Assembly (NCBI GenBank): GCA_943788985.1
Contig: CALSSJ010000012.1
Location: forward strand, 160,001-224,000
DNA from: an uncultured Lentisphaerales bacterium
GTDB lineage: Bacteria > Verrucomicrobiota > Lentisphaeria > JABSQK01 > UBA12247
DNA length: 64,000 nucleotides
Direction: 5' to 3'
Shown here: positions 8,432-18,642 of the stretch, piece after piece
How positions within the stretch are numbered: the stretch's first letter is position 1
Layout of the letters: the number at the start of each line of letters is the position of its first letter
Program-made: the position numbers and the translations under genes
The notes under the pieces: generated by a model
Databases searched by the model: none
What the model was told of the DNA's origin: nothing
Seen by the model: only the letters and a program-made list of their open reading frames with translations

Positions 8432-11230
8432 ATGATTTTTCGTGTTCCCTGTGTTCTTGTAACTGCCTTGGCGCTGTGCGCTGCCGTCCCTACTGATCTC
8501 GTGCCGGATGAGCGTGCCAACTGGGGAAAACTCCCCAACGGCCTGACCTACGCAATCATGCCAAATGTCGAACCTCCGGATCGCGTCAGCATGCGCATCT
8601 ACGTGCGCGCCGGTTCGTTGATGGAGACCGAGGCTCAGCGCGGTCTTGCCCACTTTCTGGAGCACATGGCCTTCAATGGCACGCGCCATTTTCCTGCGGA
8701 CAAAATGGTCGAGTACTTCCAACGTCTGGGCATGTCATTTGGCGCAGATACCAATGCTCATACCGGCTACGATGAGACCGTCTATAAACTCGAACTGCCG
8801 AATGCAGACAGCGTGTTGCTCAACGACGCCTTCCGCCTGTTGAGGGACTACGCCGACGGCATGCTGCTGACTGACGAGGAGATCGAGAAGGAGCGCGGTG
8901 TGATTCTCAGTGAGAAGCGCACTCGCGATTCCGCAGATTTTCGGACCTATATGGCGCGTATGAAGTTCCTCTGGCCCGAGTCGCGCATCGCCTCTCGCGT
9001 GCCGATCGGTCTCGAATCCGTGATTAAGGAAGCTGGCCGCGAAGAGTTCACCCGCTTCTACGAGGGCTGGTACCGGCCGGAGAATATGGCGGTGGTGGTC
9101 GTGGGCAACGTCAAAGCTGCGGAGATCGCACCGCTAATCGAGCAGTATTTCAGCGCCATGCAAGGCCGTGGCGAGGCACCGCCCGCGCTCGATCTTGGCA
9201 AGATCGCCGCGAGCGAAGTCCGTGCCCATGTGCACTACGAGAAGGAGGCGGGCGGCTCGAGCGTGACACTGACCGTTCTGCAGCCCTGTGAGGTCACGCC
9301 AGACTCACGCGCCAAGCGGCTCCACGGCCTCAAACAATACGTGGCTGCCACCATTCTGAACAAGCGCCTCGAGAAGCTTACTGAGAAGCCGGATGTCGCC
9401 TTCATCAGTGGCCGCACCTACAGCTACGACTGGCTCGACTTTGCCACCATCGGCACCATTACCTTCTCCTGTGAACCCGCGAAGTGGGCAGAAACATTGG
9501 CCACGGGCGAGCAGGAAGTGCGTCGCGTCGTTCAGTTCGGCTTCACCCATGCTGAACTTGCCGTAGCCAAGGCGAACGTCCTCCGGTATTTCGAGCGCCA
9601 AGTCAACACTCGCCCGACCAAAATGTCGAAGGCTCTCGCTGGCGATCTCGTCCGAGCCATCGCCGATCGCGAGGTCTTCACGAGCCCCGAGCAAGATCTG
9701 GTACACGCCCAAGAAGACCTGCAATCGATGACTCTAAAGCAAGTCGCGACCGTCTTTCGCGAAGTCTGGAAGGACCGCGCTGCGCAGATCTTTGTCTCCG
9801 GAAACGTTGAGATCGAAGGCGGCACGGACGCGGTCTTAAACGCCTTCAAAGCCAGCCAAGCAATCGCGGTCGAAGCTCCGGCCGAGGAAGAGATCCCGCC
9901 ATTTGCCTACCAGTCCTTTGGTGCGCCTGGAGCGCCCGTCTCGGATAAGCTGGTCGAGGATCTAGGCATTCGAACCGTGACCTTCGCGAATCACACGCGG
10001 TTGAACGTAAAGCAGACAGATTTCGAAGCGGAGACCGTGCAGGTGCGCTTTCGCGTCGGCGCTGGTGCGCTTTGCCTGCCAGCGGACAAGCCCGCAGTTC
10101 GCAGCATGGCCTCCCGCATTTTCACTGCCGGGGGGCTCGTAGCCCACAGCCGGACTGAGCTTGGTCGGATCTTTGCGGGCACGACTGTCGGCACCAGTTT
10201 CGGCGTCGAAGACGATGCGTTTCTCTTCAGCGGCTCGTGTAAACCCAAGGAACTGCGCCAGCAACTGGGCTACATGACCGCGTTCCTGCTTCATCCGGGC
10301 TATCGGGAGGACGCCCGCGAGCGCGCCATCCGCAGCTACGAGCGGGAATGGACGGCCGCTCAGCAGGAGCCGGACGGGGTCTGGGGCGGGGCGGTGGACC
10401 GCTACCTGGCAAATGGGGACACGCGCTTTGGCCTGGCAAGCGTTGCGGAGTTCGCAAGTGTGACCATAGGCGACGTTCGCCAAGCGCTGGCAGATGCGCT
10501 GAACAAGGGCGCGTTGGAAGTCGCGATCGTCGGAGATATCGACCCGGACCTCGCCGTCGCCGCCGCCGCGGAGACCGTCGGTGCGCTTGCGGACCGGCGC
10601 AGCGAGCGCCAGCGATTCGAGGACCGTCGCGAGATCAGCTATCCACCTGCTGGACCGCGTTGCCACTTCTCGTTCGAAAGCGATTCTGGCAAGGCCATGG
10701 CCGTGGTCATCTGGCCGACCGAGGACATCTATGATATCAAGCGTACCCGCCGCCTCAGCCTGCTGGCATCGGTGCTGACCGATCGCATGCGCATTGAAAT
10801 TCGCGAGAAGACCGGCGCTGCCTACAGCCCACGCGCCTATTCCCAAGCGAGCGAAACCTACGTGGGCTATGGGAGGATCGAGGCCGTGGTCCGCTGCGCG
10901 CCTGAGACCGCGGCGGAGCTGGTGGATACCTTGCGCAGGCTTGCTGCGGACCTCGCAGAATCTGGGCTCACCCAAGACGAGCTCGAGCGCGCCGTGCAAC
11001 CACGCATCACCGGGCTCAAGCAATGGGTGCGCAACAACGCCTATTGGGCGGGTAACGTAATGGCGGCTTGCGGTGAGTACCCGGAACGGCTCGACTGGGC
11101 ACGGTCGATGGAGGCCGACATTCCGGCCATTACTCGCGAGGAGTTGGCCGCTCTGGCCGCGACCTACCTGCGTCCAGAACTTGCCCGCATGATCATCATC
11201 GAACCCGTACCGGAAGCAAAAGCAGAATGA
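8432..11230 (+). CDS. pqqL: M16 family (insulinase/PqqL-like) zinc protease
   Basis: 932 aa; signal peptide; GKLPNGLTY, inverted zinc motif HFLEH, NAHT, EKERGVILSE, C-terminal IREKTGAAYS. Confidence 0.92.
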   Translation: MIFRVPCVLVTALALCAAVPTDLVPDERANWGKLPNGLTYAIMPNVEPPDRVSMRIYVRAGSLMETEAQRGLAHFLEHMAFNGTRHFPADKMVEYFQRLGMSFGADTNAHTGYDETVYKLELPNADSVLLNDAFRLLRDYADGMLLTDEEIEKERGVILSEKRTRDSADFRTYMARMKFLWPESRIASRVPIGLESVIKEAGREEFTRFYEGWYRPENMAVVVVGNVKAAEIAPLIEQYFSAMQGRGEAPPALDLGKIAASEVRAHVHYEKEAGGSSVTLTVLQPCEVTPDSRAKRLHGLKQYVAATILNKRLEKLTEKPDVAFISGRTYSYDWLDFATIGTITFSCEPAKWAETLATGEQEVRRVVQFGFTHAELAVAKANVLRYFERQVNTRPTKMSKALAGDLVRAIADREVFTSPEQDLVHAQEDLQSMTLKQVATVFREVWKDRAAQIFVSGNVEIEGGTDAVLNAFKASQAIAVEAPAEEEIPPFAYQSFGAPGAPVSDKLVEDLGIRTVTFANHTRLNVKQTDFEAETVQVRFRVGAGALCLPADKPAVRSMASRIFTAGGLVAHSRTELGRIFAGTTVGTSFGVEDDAFLFSGSCKPKELRQQLGYMTAFLLHPGYREDARERAIRSYEREWTAAQQEPDGVWGGAVDRYLANGDTRFGLASVAEFASVTIGDVRQALADALNKGALEVAIVGDIDPDLAVAAAAETVGALADRRSERQRFEDRREISYPPAGPRCHFSFESDSGKAMAVVIWPTEDIYDIKRTRRLSLLASVLTDRMRIEIREKTGAAYSPRAYSQASETYVGYGRIEAVVRCAPETAAELVDTLRRLAADLAESGLTQDELERAVQPRITGLKQWVRNNAYWAGNVMAACGEYPERLDWARSMEADIPAITREELAALAATYLRPELARMIIIEPVPEAKAE

Positions 11231-12252
11231 TACGTATTGGCCTAGTCGGCTGCGGCCGCATCTCAGAGAAGCACATCAGCGCCATCATTGACCTCAAAGG
11301 GGATTGTGAGCTTGTCGCAGTGTGCGAACGTGACAAGGAGCGTGCGAAGTCCGCAATCGCTCTCACTGGTGCGGAATGGTACGGCGAGTTGGAAGAGATG
11401 CTGGCACGACCAGATATCGATGTGATCAGCCTCTGCACGCCATCCGGCCTTCATGCGCCACAAGGGACTCTCGCGGCTCAGCACGGGAAACATGTGATCA
11501 CCGAGAAACCCATGGCGCTCGATCTTGAAAGCGCGGATCGGTTGATCGCGGCCTGTGAGGCCAACGACACCCGGTTGTTCGTGGTGAAGCAAGTCCGGCT
11601 GACGCCCACCCTGCAGTATCTGCGGCGGGCGATCGACAGAGGGCGCTTTGGCAAGATCTACAGCATTTTTGTCAATGTTCTCTGGCAGCGTCCACAATCA
11701 TACTACGATGCCGAGCCGTGGCGCGGCACTTGGGCGCAGGACGGCGGTGCCTTCATGAACCAGGCCAGTCACTTTGTCGATCTGTTGAGCTGGTTCGGCG
11801 GCGAAGTTGAGACGGTCACCGCCCTCACTGCCACGCTGGGCCGTTCGATCGAGGCCGAAGACAGCGGCGTAGCCGTGATGCGGTTCAAGAACGGAATCAT
11901 TGGCTCAATCAACGTCTCCATGCTGACCTACCCCAAGAATCTCGAGACTACCATCACCGTTCTGGGTGAAAAGGGCACCGTGAAAGCGGGCGGCGCGTCG
12001 ATCGGTCGCTTCGAGAAGTGGGAGTTTCAGGATTACGACGACGATGACCGCATCATCTATGAGTCTAATCTCGAGCCGCCGGCACCGCACGCATCGGGAC
12101 ATTACCTGTACTACAAGAACGTCATCGACGTGCTTGGTGGCTGTGCCGAACCCAAAACCGATGGCCATGAAGGCCGCCACAGCGTCGCGCTGATTCGCAG
12201 TATCTATGAGTCCGCTACCTCTGGGAAACCAGTGAGCTTTTCCGCAAAATGA
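11227..12252 (+). CDS. Gfo/Idh/MocA oxidoreductase, WlbA/WbpB-like (UDP-GlcNAcA 3-dehydrogenase type)
   Basis: GCGRIS, TPSGLH, EKPM, VVKQ.R, WQRPQSYY, WRGTWAQDGGAFMNQASHFVD; ATGA overlap with the upstream stop. Confidence 0.85.
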   Translation: MIRIGLVGCGRISEKHISAIIDLKGDCELVAVCERDKERAKSAIALTGAEWYGELEEMLARPDIDVISLCTPSGLHAPQGTLAAQHGKHVITEKPMALDLESADRLIAACEANDTRLFVVKQVRLTPTLQYLRRAIDRGRFGKIYSIFVNVLWQRPQSYYDAEPWRGTWAQDGGAFMNQASHFVDLLSWFGGEVETVTALTATLGRSIEAEDSGVAVMRFKNGIIGSINVSMLTYPKNLETTITVLGEKGTVKAGGASIGRFEKWEFQDYDDDDRIIYESNLEPPAPHASGHYLYYKNVIDVLGGCAEPKTDGHEGRHSVALIRSIYESATSGKPVSFSAK

Positions 12253-13100
12253 ACGCACCGTGGCGGGCATTCAAGGACCTTGAGACGCCCGATGTCATTC
12301 ACCATCTCGCAGTTGAATCAGAACTTCTGGACGACGCAACTGCGCCGCCCACCATCTACCTGTGGAGTGGGGGCGAAGCCGTGGTCATCGGTCGCAATCA
12401 GAATCCTTGGTCTGAGGCCTCGCCGGACTCGTTGCAGCACGAGCGCCCGCTGTTGGCACGGCGTGTCTCCGGCGGTGGTGCGGTGTATCACGGGCCGGGA
12501 AACCTGAACTTCTGCATCAGCATGCCGCGGGCACTGCACGCTCCCCATCAGCGGCTTGCGGAGATTGCAACCGTGGTCAGCCAGGTCAGCGGCAAGGATG
12601 TCACGGTGGATGAGCAGTACAACCTGCGTCTGGACGGCCGCAAGATCTCAGGAACCGCCTTCCGGCTGATTCGAGATCGGGCGCTGCATCACGGAACCTT
12701 GCTGGTGCATGCTGACCTCGCAAAGCTGCGCGCGGCGCTGCAGGCCGAGGAACTGCAGATCGCTACCCAAGCCGTCGCGTCGCGCCCCGCGTCGGTCACC
12801 AACGCGGGCAGGGAGGGGCAGGTTGCGGAGTTCGCAAAAGCCCTGCTTGTTCACTTCTGCGGACAGGCCGATGCGCCGCCGCCAGCAACACCTGCAGCCG
12901 AACGAGTGTGCCAACTCCGCAGCTGGGAATGGCGGTTTGGCCACACACCCAGCTTCGAAGCGAGCGTTGGCGGGCAGACAATATCGGTAGAGAACGGGAA
13001 GATTTCAAATTCGGGTATATTGGCGAAACCATTTTGCCCCGCGCGGGTTAGAACTATACTTGAGGCAACGACCTTCCAGAAAGAGGAACAGGATGAGTAA
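12249..13100 (+). CDS. lplA: Lipoate-protein ligase A family protein
   Basis: VVIGRNQNPW, RRVSGGGAVYH, KISGTA, HHGTLL, SWEWRFGHTP motifs. Confidence 0.9.
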   Translation: MNAPWRAFKDLETPDVIHHLAVESELLDDATAPPTIYLWSGGEAVVIGRNQNPWSEASPDSLQHERPLLARRVSGGGAVYHGPGNLNFCISMPRALHAPHQRLAEIATVVSQVSGKDVTVDEQYNLRLDGRKISGTAFRLIRDRALHHGTLLVHADLAKLRAALQAEELQIATQAVASRPASVTNAGREGQVAEFAKALLVHFCGQADAPPPATPAAERVCQLRSWEWRFGHTPSFEASVGGQTISVENGKISNSGILAKPFCPARVRTILEATTFQKEEQDE

Positions 13101-14718
13101 AACCGGGCCTGATGACCCACAGGATGAATTGCACAGGCAGATGCAAGGACTGTTCGAGAGCTTTGCCCCGCCAGGAATGTCACCTAGTGCGCCCGCCAGC
13201 GAGCCAGGAGCGGAAGAGGAACAGAGCGATGAGGACAAGGTTGATCCATTGCAACTGGTCTATGACTTCGACCTAAAACCTCGCGATGTGAACGCCTATC
13301 TCAAGCGCTATGTGATCCGTCAGGAAGAGGCAAAGAAGGTCCTGGCAGTCGCTATTTGCGATCACTACAATCATGTTCGCCGATGTCTGCTGGATCCGGA
13401 GCTGGAGTCAGAAGAGTACGCCAAGCAGAACGTCCTGCTGCTGGGCCCGACCGGTGTCGGCAAGACCTATCTCATTCGTTGCATTGCCAAGCTCGTTGGC
13501 GTCCCGTTTGTGAAGGCAGATGCGACTAAATTCTCCGAGACCGGCTATGTCGGCCATGACGTCGAGGATCTGGTCCGAGATCTGGTCAAGCTCGCCGATG
13601 GCGATACCGAGCTCGCGCAGTACGGAATCATCTACATCGATGAAATTGATAAGATTGCGGGTCGAGGCTCTGGCGGAAATCGCGATGTCTCCGGGCGCGG
13701 TGTACAGATCAACCTGCTCAAGCTGATGGAAGACTCAAACGTCAACCTCGTCAGCCAGACCGATATCGCCTCGCAGATGGAAGCGATGATGAATATGATG
13801 AACCGTCAGGATTCGCCACCACGCACCATCAACACCCGGCACATCCTGTTTATCGTCAGTGGGGCCTTTGGCGAACTGACGGGTCAGATCCGCAAGCGCA
13901 TGCAGGGCTCGCAGATCGGCTTCGACCGCGATGAGACGGCGGCGCGGGATGATGATTACTACGCGCGATTGGTAGAGACCAAAGATTTCGTTGATTACGG
14001 GTTTGAGCCTGAGTTCGTCGGTCGCTTGCCAGTGCGGGTAGCCTGTCATTCCCTGTCTGTGCCGGATCTGGAAATGATCCTGTCTCAGTCAAAAGGCAGC
14101 ATGCTTAAGCAGTATGCCAACGACTTCTCTGGCTACGGTATCGACCTTAACATCCTGCCAGGGGCATTGCGCTGCATTGCCGAGCGTGCGCATACCGAGC
14201 AGACCGGCGCTCGCGGCTTGATGACCGTCCTAGAGCGGACTTTTCGCAATTTCAAGTACGAGCTTCCGTCTACCGACGTCGAGCTTTTGACGGTGGATGA
14301 GACCACTATTGCCGAGCCCGACCTGCAACTGCAGCAGATCCTTTCCGAGCATCCTGCGGATCCGCCCCGGTTGCCCACGAGCGAGGAGCCAGCCAAAGAC
14401 GAGGCGGCCGAAGATGTGGCGCCAGCTGTGCCCGACAACAGCCTGCGTGCTCAGGTGGGTGAGTTTGCCGAGGAGTTCGAGAGTGCCCACGACTTTTTCC
14501 TGAAGTTTCAGGAGGATGCGATTGATGCGCTGGTCGAGCAAGCGGCGTTGAACGGCCAGACCGTGCTCGAGCGCTGCCGCGAGTGCTTCAAGGACTTCGA
14601 GCACGGACTTGCTCTGCTACGCTGCAAGACCGGCGAGAGCACGTTCGAAATCGACGCAGCAGCCGTCGCTGATCCGGGCCAGGCTCTTACCGCTCGGCTG
14701 CGCGACAGCGCTGTGTAG
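13093..14718 (+). CDS. clpX: ClpX-like AAA+ ATPase lacking the N-terminal zinc finger, with a C-terminal extension
   Basis: LGPTGVGKT, ADATKFSETGYVG, IYIDEIDKI, RDVSGRGVQ, QIGF loop, PEFVGRLP, TGARGL; GAGGA RBS before ATG13093. Confidence 0.88.
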   Translation: MSKTGPDDPQDELHRQMQGLFESFAPPGMSPSAPASEPGAEEEQSDEDKVDPLQLVYDFDLKPRDVNAYLKRYVIRQEEAKKVLAVAICDHYNHVRRCLLDPELESEEYAKQNVLLLGPTGVGKTYLIRCIAKLVGVPFVKADATKFSETGYVGHDVEDLVRDLVKLADGDTELAQYGIIYIDEIDKIAGRGSGGNRDVSGRGVQINLLKLMEDSNVNLVSQTDIASQMEAMMNMMNRQDSPPRTINTRHILFIVSGAFGELTGQIRKRMQGSQIGFDRDETAARDDDYYARLVETKDFVDYGFEPEFVGRLPVRVACHSLSVPDLEMILSQSKGSMLKQYANDFSGYGIDLNILPGALRCIAERAHTEQTGARGLMTVLERTFRNFKYELPSTDVELLTVDETTIAEPDLQLQQILSEHPADPPRLPTSEEPAKDEAAEDVAPAVPDNSLRAQVGEFAEEFESAHDFFLKFQEDAIDALVEQAALNGQTVLERCRECFKDFEHGLALLRCKTGESTFEIDAAAVADPGQALTARLRDSAV

Positions 14719-14834
14719 GCTGCTATTCGCTGTAGGCGCCACCCGTCGAAACCTCTCGAATGCCATGGCAGGTATCGACGGGTGGCGGCAGGAATCGACA
14801 GACTGCGACTCACTCGTGGGAGCTTTATTTTTGG

Positions 14835-14918
14835 CACAGAGGGGACACCGAGGGAATGCGGGAGATGGTTTGCCTCGTTTCGTCCTGCCAGCTCGTTGTG
14901 CTCTGAGTCCTCTGTGGT
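14835..14918. repeat. REP-like inverted repeat (cacagagg...ctctgagtcctctgtg)
   Basis: Arms cacagaggggacaccgag / ctctgagtcctctgtg; same architecture as 40102..40194; downstream of the operon end. Confidence 0.6.
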
Positions 14919-15202
14919 AGAATTTCTTCATCGCGGCTTCACGCCCAGATGCGGTCTGCGGACCGTTGGATTAATATTTGCCTTCTTGATAGCGCGAATG
15001 GCCGCCGTGTTGGATTCTCCAGTATCCCTGGAGCCGTTCAGTGGCTGCGAGAAGTGCAGTCCGAGGCCGCAGCCGTACGTGATTGACTTCCACTGAATTC
15101 GCGCCACCTTTTCGCTGGGACCTGCGATTCCGTATGGCTGGCCAGCTTCAAGAGAGACTTCGGCTGCGTTGATGCCAATCTGGTTTTAATTCAGGATAGC
15201 GA

Positions 15203-15805
15203 ATGACAATTCGTTCTGCCGTTTCGCAAGCGTACTTTTTTGAGCTGCGTCCAAATCAAGCCCGCTATAGGCATGTTTTCTGCGGTGAGCACCGGGCCCC
15301 GGGCGCGACGTGGCCAAATTGTCAGAAGCCAATGCTCCGAATGCTCAGCCTCGACTGTGAAGATCAAAGATTGGGATTGGTCGAGTTGGGCATACCAGTG
15401 CTCGATTTAGTGTTTTGCTGGACCTGCAATTTGGGAGAGGGTCGCACTGCGTACCGGCTGGATCCAAGTGGCGGAACTTCGCTCATTCAGTAGGACGAGG
15501 GCGGCGTCGAGGAAGACTTTCCATACGAGGATTACCCAGCCTATTTCCCGGAAGCAGAAGTGGAGTTGGCGCCACTTCCTCAGAAGGTCCAAGAACTGAT
15601 CAGCGGCGTAAACGCCGGAGGAGAAATGTCCGGCCTGCGGGGCGTTGATGGAGCTTCTTGCCTGATCACGGAGAATTTCGCTGCACAAGCGATTGGCGAG
15701 TTTCTCATGGGATTTTGAAAATCCCCTTGAGGAAGACGGCGCCTCGGTGCGCAAATTCGCGTATTCCACCTCGAAAACTGCTGTCTGCGCGGAATGCCGG
15801 TAATC
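15203..15805 (+). pseudogene. Decayed Cys-motif hypothetical gene (YwqG/DUF1963-like by impression)
   Basis: Protein-like frame continues past TAG 15491-15493 (DEGGVEEDFPYEDYPAYFPE); CWTC and a frameshifted CPACGALMELLA are present. Confidence 0.4.
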
Positions 15806-15850
15806 AGTCAGTTTTCACACGTTGACGATTGCGCGCGGTCGTGAACTGTT

Positions 15851-15880
15851 TCGATCGACAACGATCATAATCGATCATTA
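15851..15880. promoter_or_regulatory. Candidate DeoR operator: three CGATC repeats at exact 10-bp spacing
   Basis: tCGATCgaca aCGATCataa tCGATCatta, 30 bp upstream of the DeoR start codon. Confidence 0.6.
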
Positions 15881-15910
15881 AAGTAACAGCCAAGCAAAAG
15901 ACCACAGGCG

Positions 15911-16654
15911 ATGCTCGACCAAGAACGCGAAAAACTAATTGCCGATTTACTGAGCCAGAAGGCCTTCGTTTCCTTGCAGGAAGTCGTCGCTGCGTGCGGT
16001 GCCTCGGCAGTAACCGTGCGGCGCGACTTCACCCGGATGGAAGCCCAAGGGCTCTTGGAGCGCATCCATGGCGGAGCCAAGAGCACGATGGAAAACCTGC
16101 CGTTGGAGATTCGCCGGACGGTGATGTTCGAAGAGAAAACACGCATCGCCGAAAAGGCCGTTGCGATGTGCGCTGACGGCGAGACGGTCTTCATTGACGG
16201 CGGCTCGACCACCAGCCAGATGGCAGCACATCTGAAACCCCGTCGCCTCGAAATCGTCACCAATTCGTTGGTTCTTGCCACAGCCCTGCTCGACAGCCGC
16301 AACGAGCTGGTGCTCACCGGAGGCAGCGTGCTGCCCAGGCAGGGCCTGGTGCTCAACCCTTTCGAGGACGACCTGATTGATCGCTATCGCGCAGCCAAGG
16401 CGATCATGGGCGTGGGCGGACTCGATCCGGTCGGCCCGACGAACGACGATCCACGCCTGATCCGCTTCGAGCAGAAGATGATCGCGCATGCCGACGAGAT
16501 CATTCTGCTGGCCGACAGCGCCAAGCTCGGCAAGCGCGAAAAGCTCCTGCTTTGCGAGTACAGCAAGATCAGTGCGATCATCACCGACAGCAACCTTGCG
16601 CCTGAGCACCGCGCGTGGCTCGACAAACTCCCACTGACACTCATCACGGTTTGA
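15911..16654 (+). CDS. DeoR/GlpR family transcriptional regulator
   Basis: S..TVRRD HTH, R.HGGA, EKTRIA, VFIDGGSTT, VTNS, LADSAK motifs. Confidence 0.95.
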   Translation: MLDQEREKLIADLLSQKAFVSLQEVVAACGASAVTVRRDFTRMEAQGLLERIHGGAKSTMENLPLEIRRTVMFEEKTRIAEKAVAMCADGETVFIDGGSTTSQMAAHLKPRRLEIVTNSLVLATALLDSRNELVLTGGSVLPRQGLVLNPFEDDLIDRYRAAKAIMGVGGLDPVGPTNDDPRLIRFEQKMIAHADEIILLADSAKLGKREKLLLCEYSKISAIITDSNLAPEHRAWLDKLPLTLITV

Positions 16655-16670
16655 CCAAGGAAACCAGATT

Positions 16671-17714
16671 ATGAAAGCAATGAAACTCACCGGCATCGAG
16701 GCCATGGAGATGATGGAGGTTGCGACTCCCGAGATCACCAACCCGAACGATGTCCTGATCCAGATGAAAACCGTGGGCGTCTGTGGCTCGGACGTGCACT
16801 ATTATGAGACTGGGCAAATTGGTTCACAAGTTGTGGACTACCCGTTTGCGGTCGGCCATGAGGGCGCGGGCGTGGTGGTGGCGGTGGGGACTGCAGTCAC
16901 GCGAGTTAAGCCGGGCGACCGGATTGCGATCGAGCCAGCCATGCCCTGCGGTGCCTGCGATCAGTGCCTGACAGACCGTGCGCACACCTGCCGCGCGCTG
17001 CGCTTTCTCGGCTGCCCAAGGCAGGCCGAAGGCTGCCTCTCGGAGTACATCGTCATGCCCGAGGGGAGCTGCTTTACAGTAAGCGCGACCACTAGCTTCG
17101 ATGAGGCCGCGATCTCAGAGCCGCTCGCCATCGGCGTCTATGCCGTCAAGCAGTCTATTCCCATGGCCGGCGCCAAGGTCGGCATTCTTGGTGCCGGATG
17201 CATTGGCCTGAGCGTCCTGCTGCCTGCCCAAGCCCAGGGGGCGGACAAGATTTACGTAACTGATAAGATCGACAATCGCCTCGCACTGGCCGCTGAAGTC
17301 GGGGCTGCCTGGGGGGGCAATCCGGATTGCGAAGACGTGGTGGCGAAGGTCGCCGAGTTAGAGCCTGGCGGTCTCGACGTGGTCTTCGAATGCTGCGGCG
17401 AGCAGGAAGCGCTGGACCAGGCGATCGAGATGCTCAAGCCTGGCGGCAAGCTCATGATCATCGGCATTCCCCCGACTGCAAAGCGGGTGACCTTTCTGAT
17501 TGACAAACTGCGCCACAAAGAGATCTGTATCCAGAACGTTCGCCGGCAGAACCATTGTGTGCAGCCTGCACTTGACATGATGGAACGCGGCGACTTCGAC
17601 GTGAACGTCATGGTTACCCATCGCTTCCCCTTTGAGCAGAGCAAAGCGGCCTTCGACCTCGCCGCTTCCTACAAAGACGGCGTGGTCAAAACAATGATCG
17701 ATTTCCCCGCGTAG
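16671..17714 (+). CDS. Zinc-dependent sugar/polyol dehydrogenase (sorbitol/L-iditol DH-like)
   Basis: GVCGSD, GHEGAG, CGACDQC...C structural Zn site, EPLAIG, GAGCIG. Confidence 0.92.
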   Translation: MKAMKLTGIEAMEMMEVATPEITNPNDVLIQMKTVGVCGSDVHYYETGQIGSQVVDYPFAVGHEGAGVVVAVGTAVTRVKPGDRIAIEPAMPCGACDQCLTDRAHTCRALRFLGCPRQAEGCLSEYIVMPEGSCFTVSATTSFDEAAISEPLAIGVYAVKQSIPMAGAKVGILGAGCIGLSVLLPAQAQGADKIYVTDKIDNRLALAAEVGAAWGGNPDCEDVVAKVAELEPGGLDVVFECCGEQEALDQAIEMLKPGGKLMIIGIPPTAKRVTFLIDKLRHKEICIQNVRRQNHCVQPALDMMERGDFDVNVMVTHRFPFEQSKAAFDLAASYKDGVVKTMIDFPA

Positions 17715-17763
17715 TAACGCCCCAAAGATACGACCTTTCCAGGCCAAAACAAGGACTCCAGCC

Positions 17764-18477
17764 ATGAGCCTCTACCAGAAATATGAAGACGAAATTCGCC
17801 AGTTTGTGACTGTCTGTAACAAGTTGGCAATAAACATGTACGTCACCGGCTACGGGGGGAATGCGGCCTTGAGGCTGGAGGACGATTTGATCCTGATCAC
17901 GCCGACCATGTTGAACAAGGGGGACATCACCAGCGAGGACGTCGTGTTTATCACCTTGGCCGGTGAGACCGTTGAGGGAAATCGCCGTCCCACTGGTGAA
18001 CGGCCGATGTACATCAAGTTTTTCAATGATCGACCAGATATAAAGTCGGTCATTCATTGCCATGCGCCCAACGTATGTGCCGTCGCGATCATGGCAGGCG
18101 ACAACCTGCTGATGCGGCCCTTTTTTCCCGAGACCTCCCACGAAGTCGGACCAGCTCCGATCGTCCCGTACGCTGAGCCTCTCACCCAACAGCTGGCGGA
18201 CAACTTTGAGCCCTTCATTCGCAAGTACAACAGCTTCATCATGGAGAATCACGGTCTGGTGACCATGAGTCCAGAAGGAATCGACTACACCATGATGAAC
18301 GTGGAGCTGTTGGAAATGTCAGCCTATTCCATCCTGCAGGCTGCGGCAACGGGGCGGGAACTGAGGGAGTTGACGCGCGAGGCCATCGAAGGCTTGGACA
18401 ACGTCATGAAGCAACGCAATTGCCCGATGTTCGGCGCGCCCGGCGAATATGAGTCGCTGGTGGAACTCTACTTCTAG
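17764..18477 (+). CDS. Class II aldolase/adducin family protein
   Basis: GGN, ITPT, P.GE, IHCH and ENHG metal ligands. Confidence 0.9.
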   Translation: MSLYQKYEDEIRQFVTVCNKLAINMYVTGYGGNAALRLEDDLILITPTMLNKGDITSEDVVFITLAGETVEGNRRPTGERPMYIKFFNDRPDIKSVIHCHAPNVCAVAIMAGDNLLMRPFFPETSHEVGPAPIVPYAEPLTQQLADNFEPFIRKYNSFIMENHGLVTMSPEGIDYTMMNVELLEMSAYSILQAAATGRELRELTREAIEGLDNVMKQRNCPMFGAPGEYESLVELYF

Positions 18478-18642
18478 CTTTGCCTTCCGATCGGTCTGCG
18501 CTCCGATCGACCAGTTCGCTGTAATCGGCAAGGAAAGCGAAGGAGCTGGCCTTCTCATCGCCAACCTTTCTTGAATCGTTAAGTTTGCAGACATTGATGT
18601 TTGAATAATATCCAATTTAGTAAACTTGATAGGTGAGCTCAG

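Noticed and set aside
9962..11023. Long antisense ORFs (also 27861..28817, 49031..50170, 52484..53431)
   Set aside because: They lie opposite well-supported genes; typical high-GC shadows.
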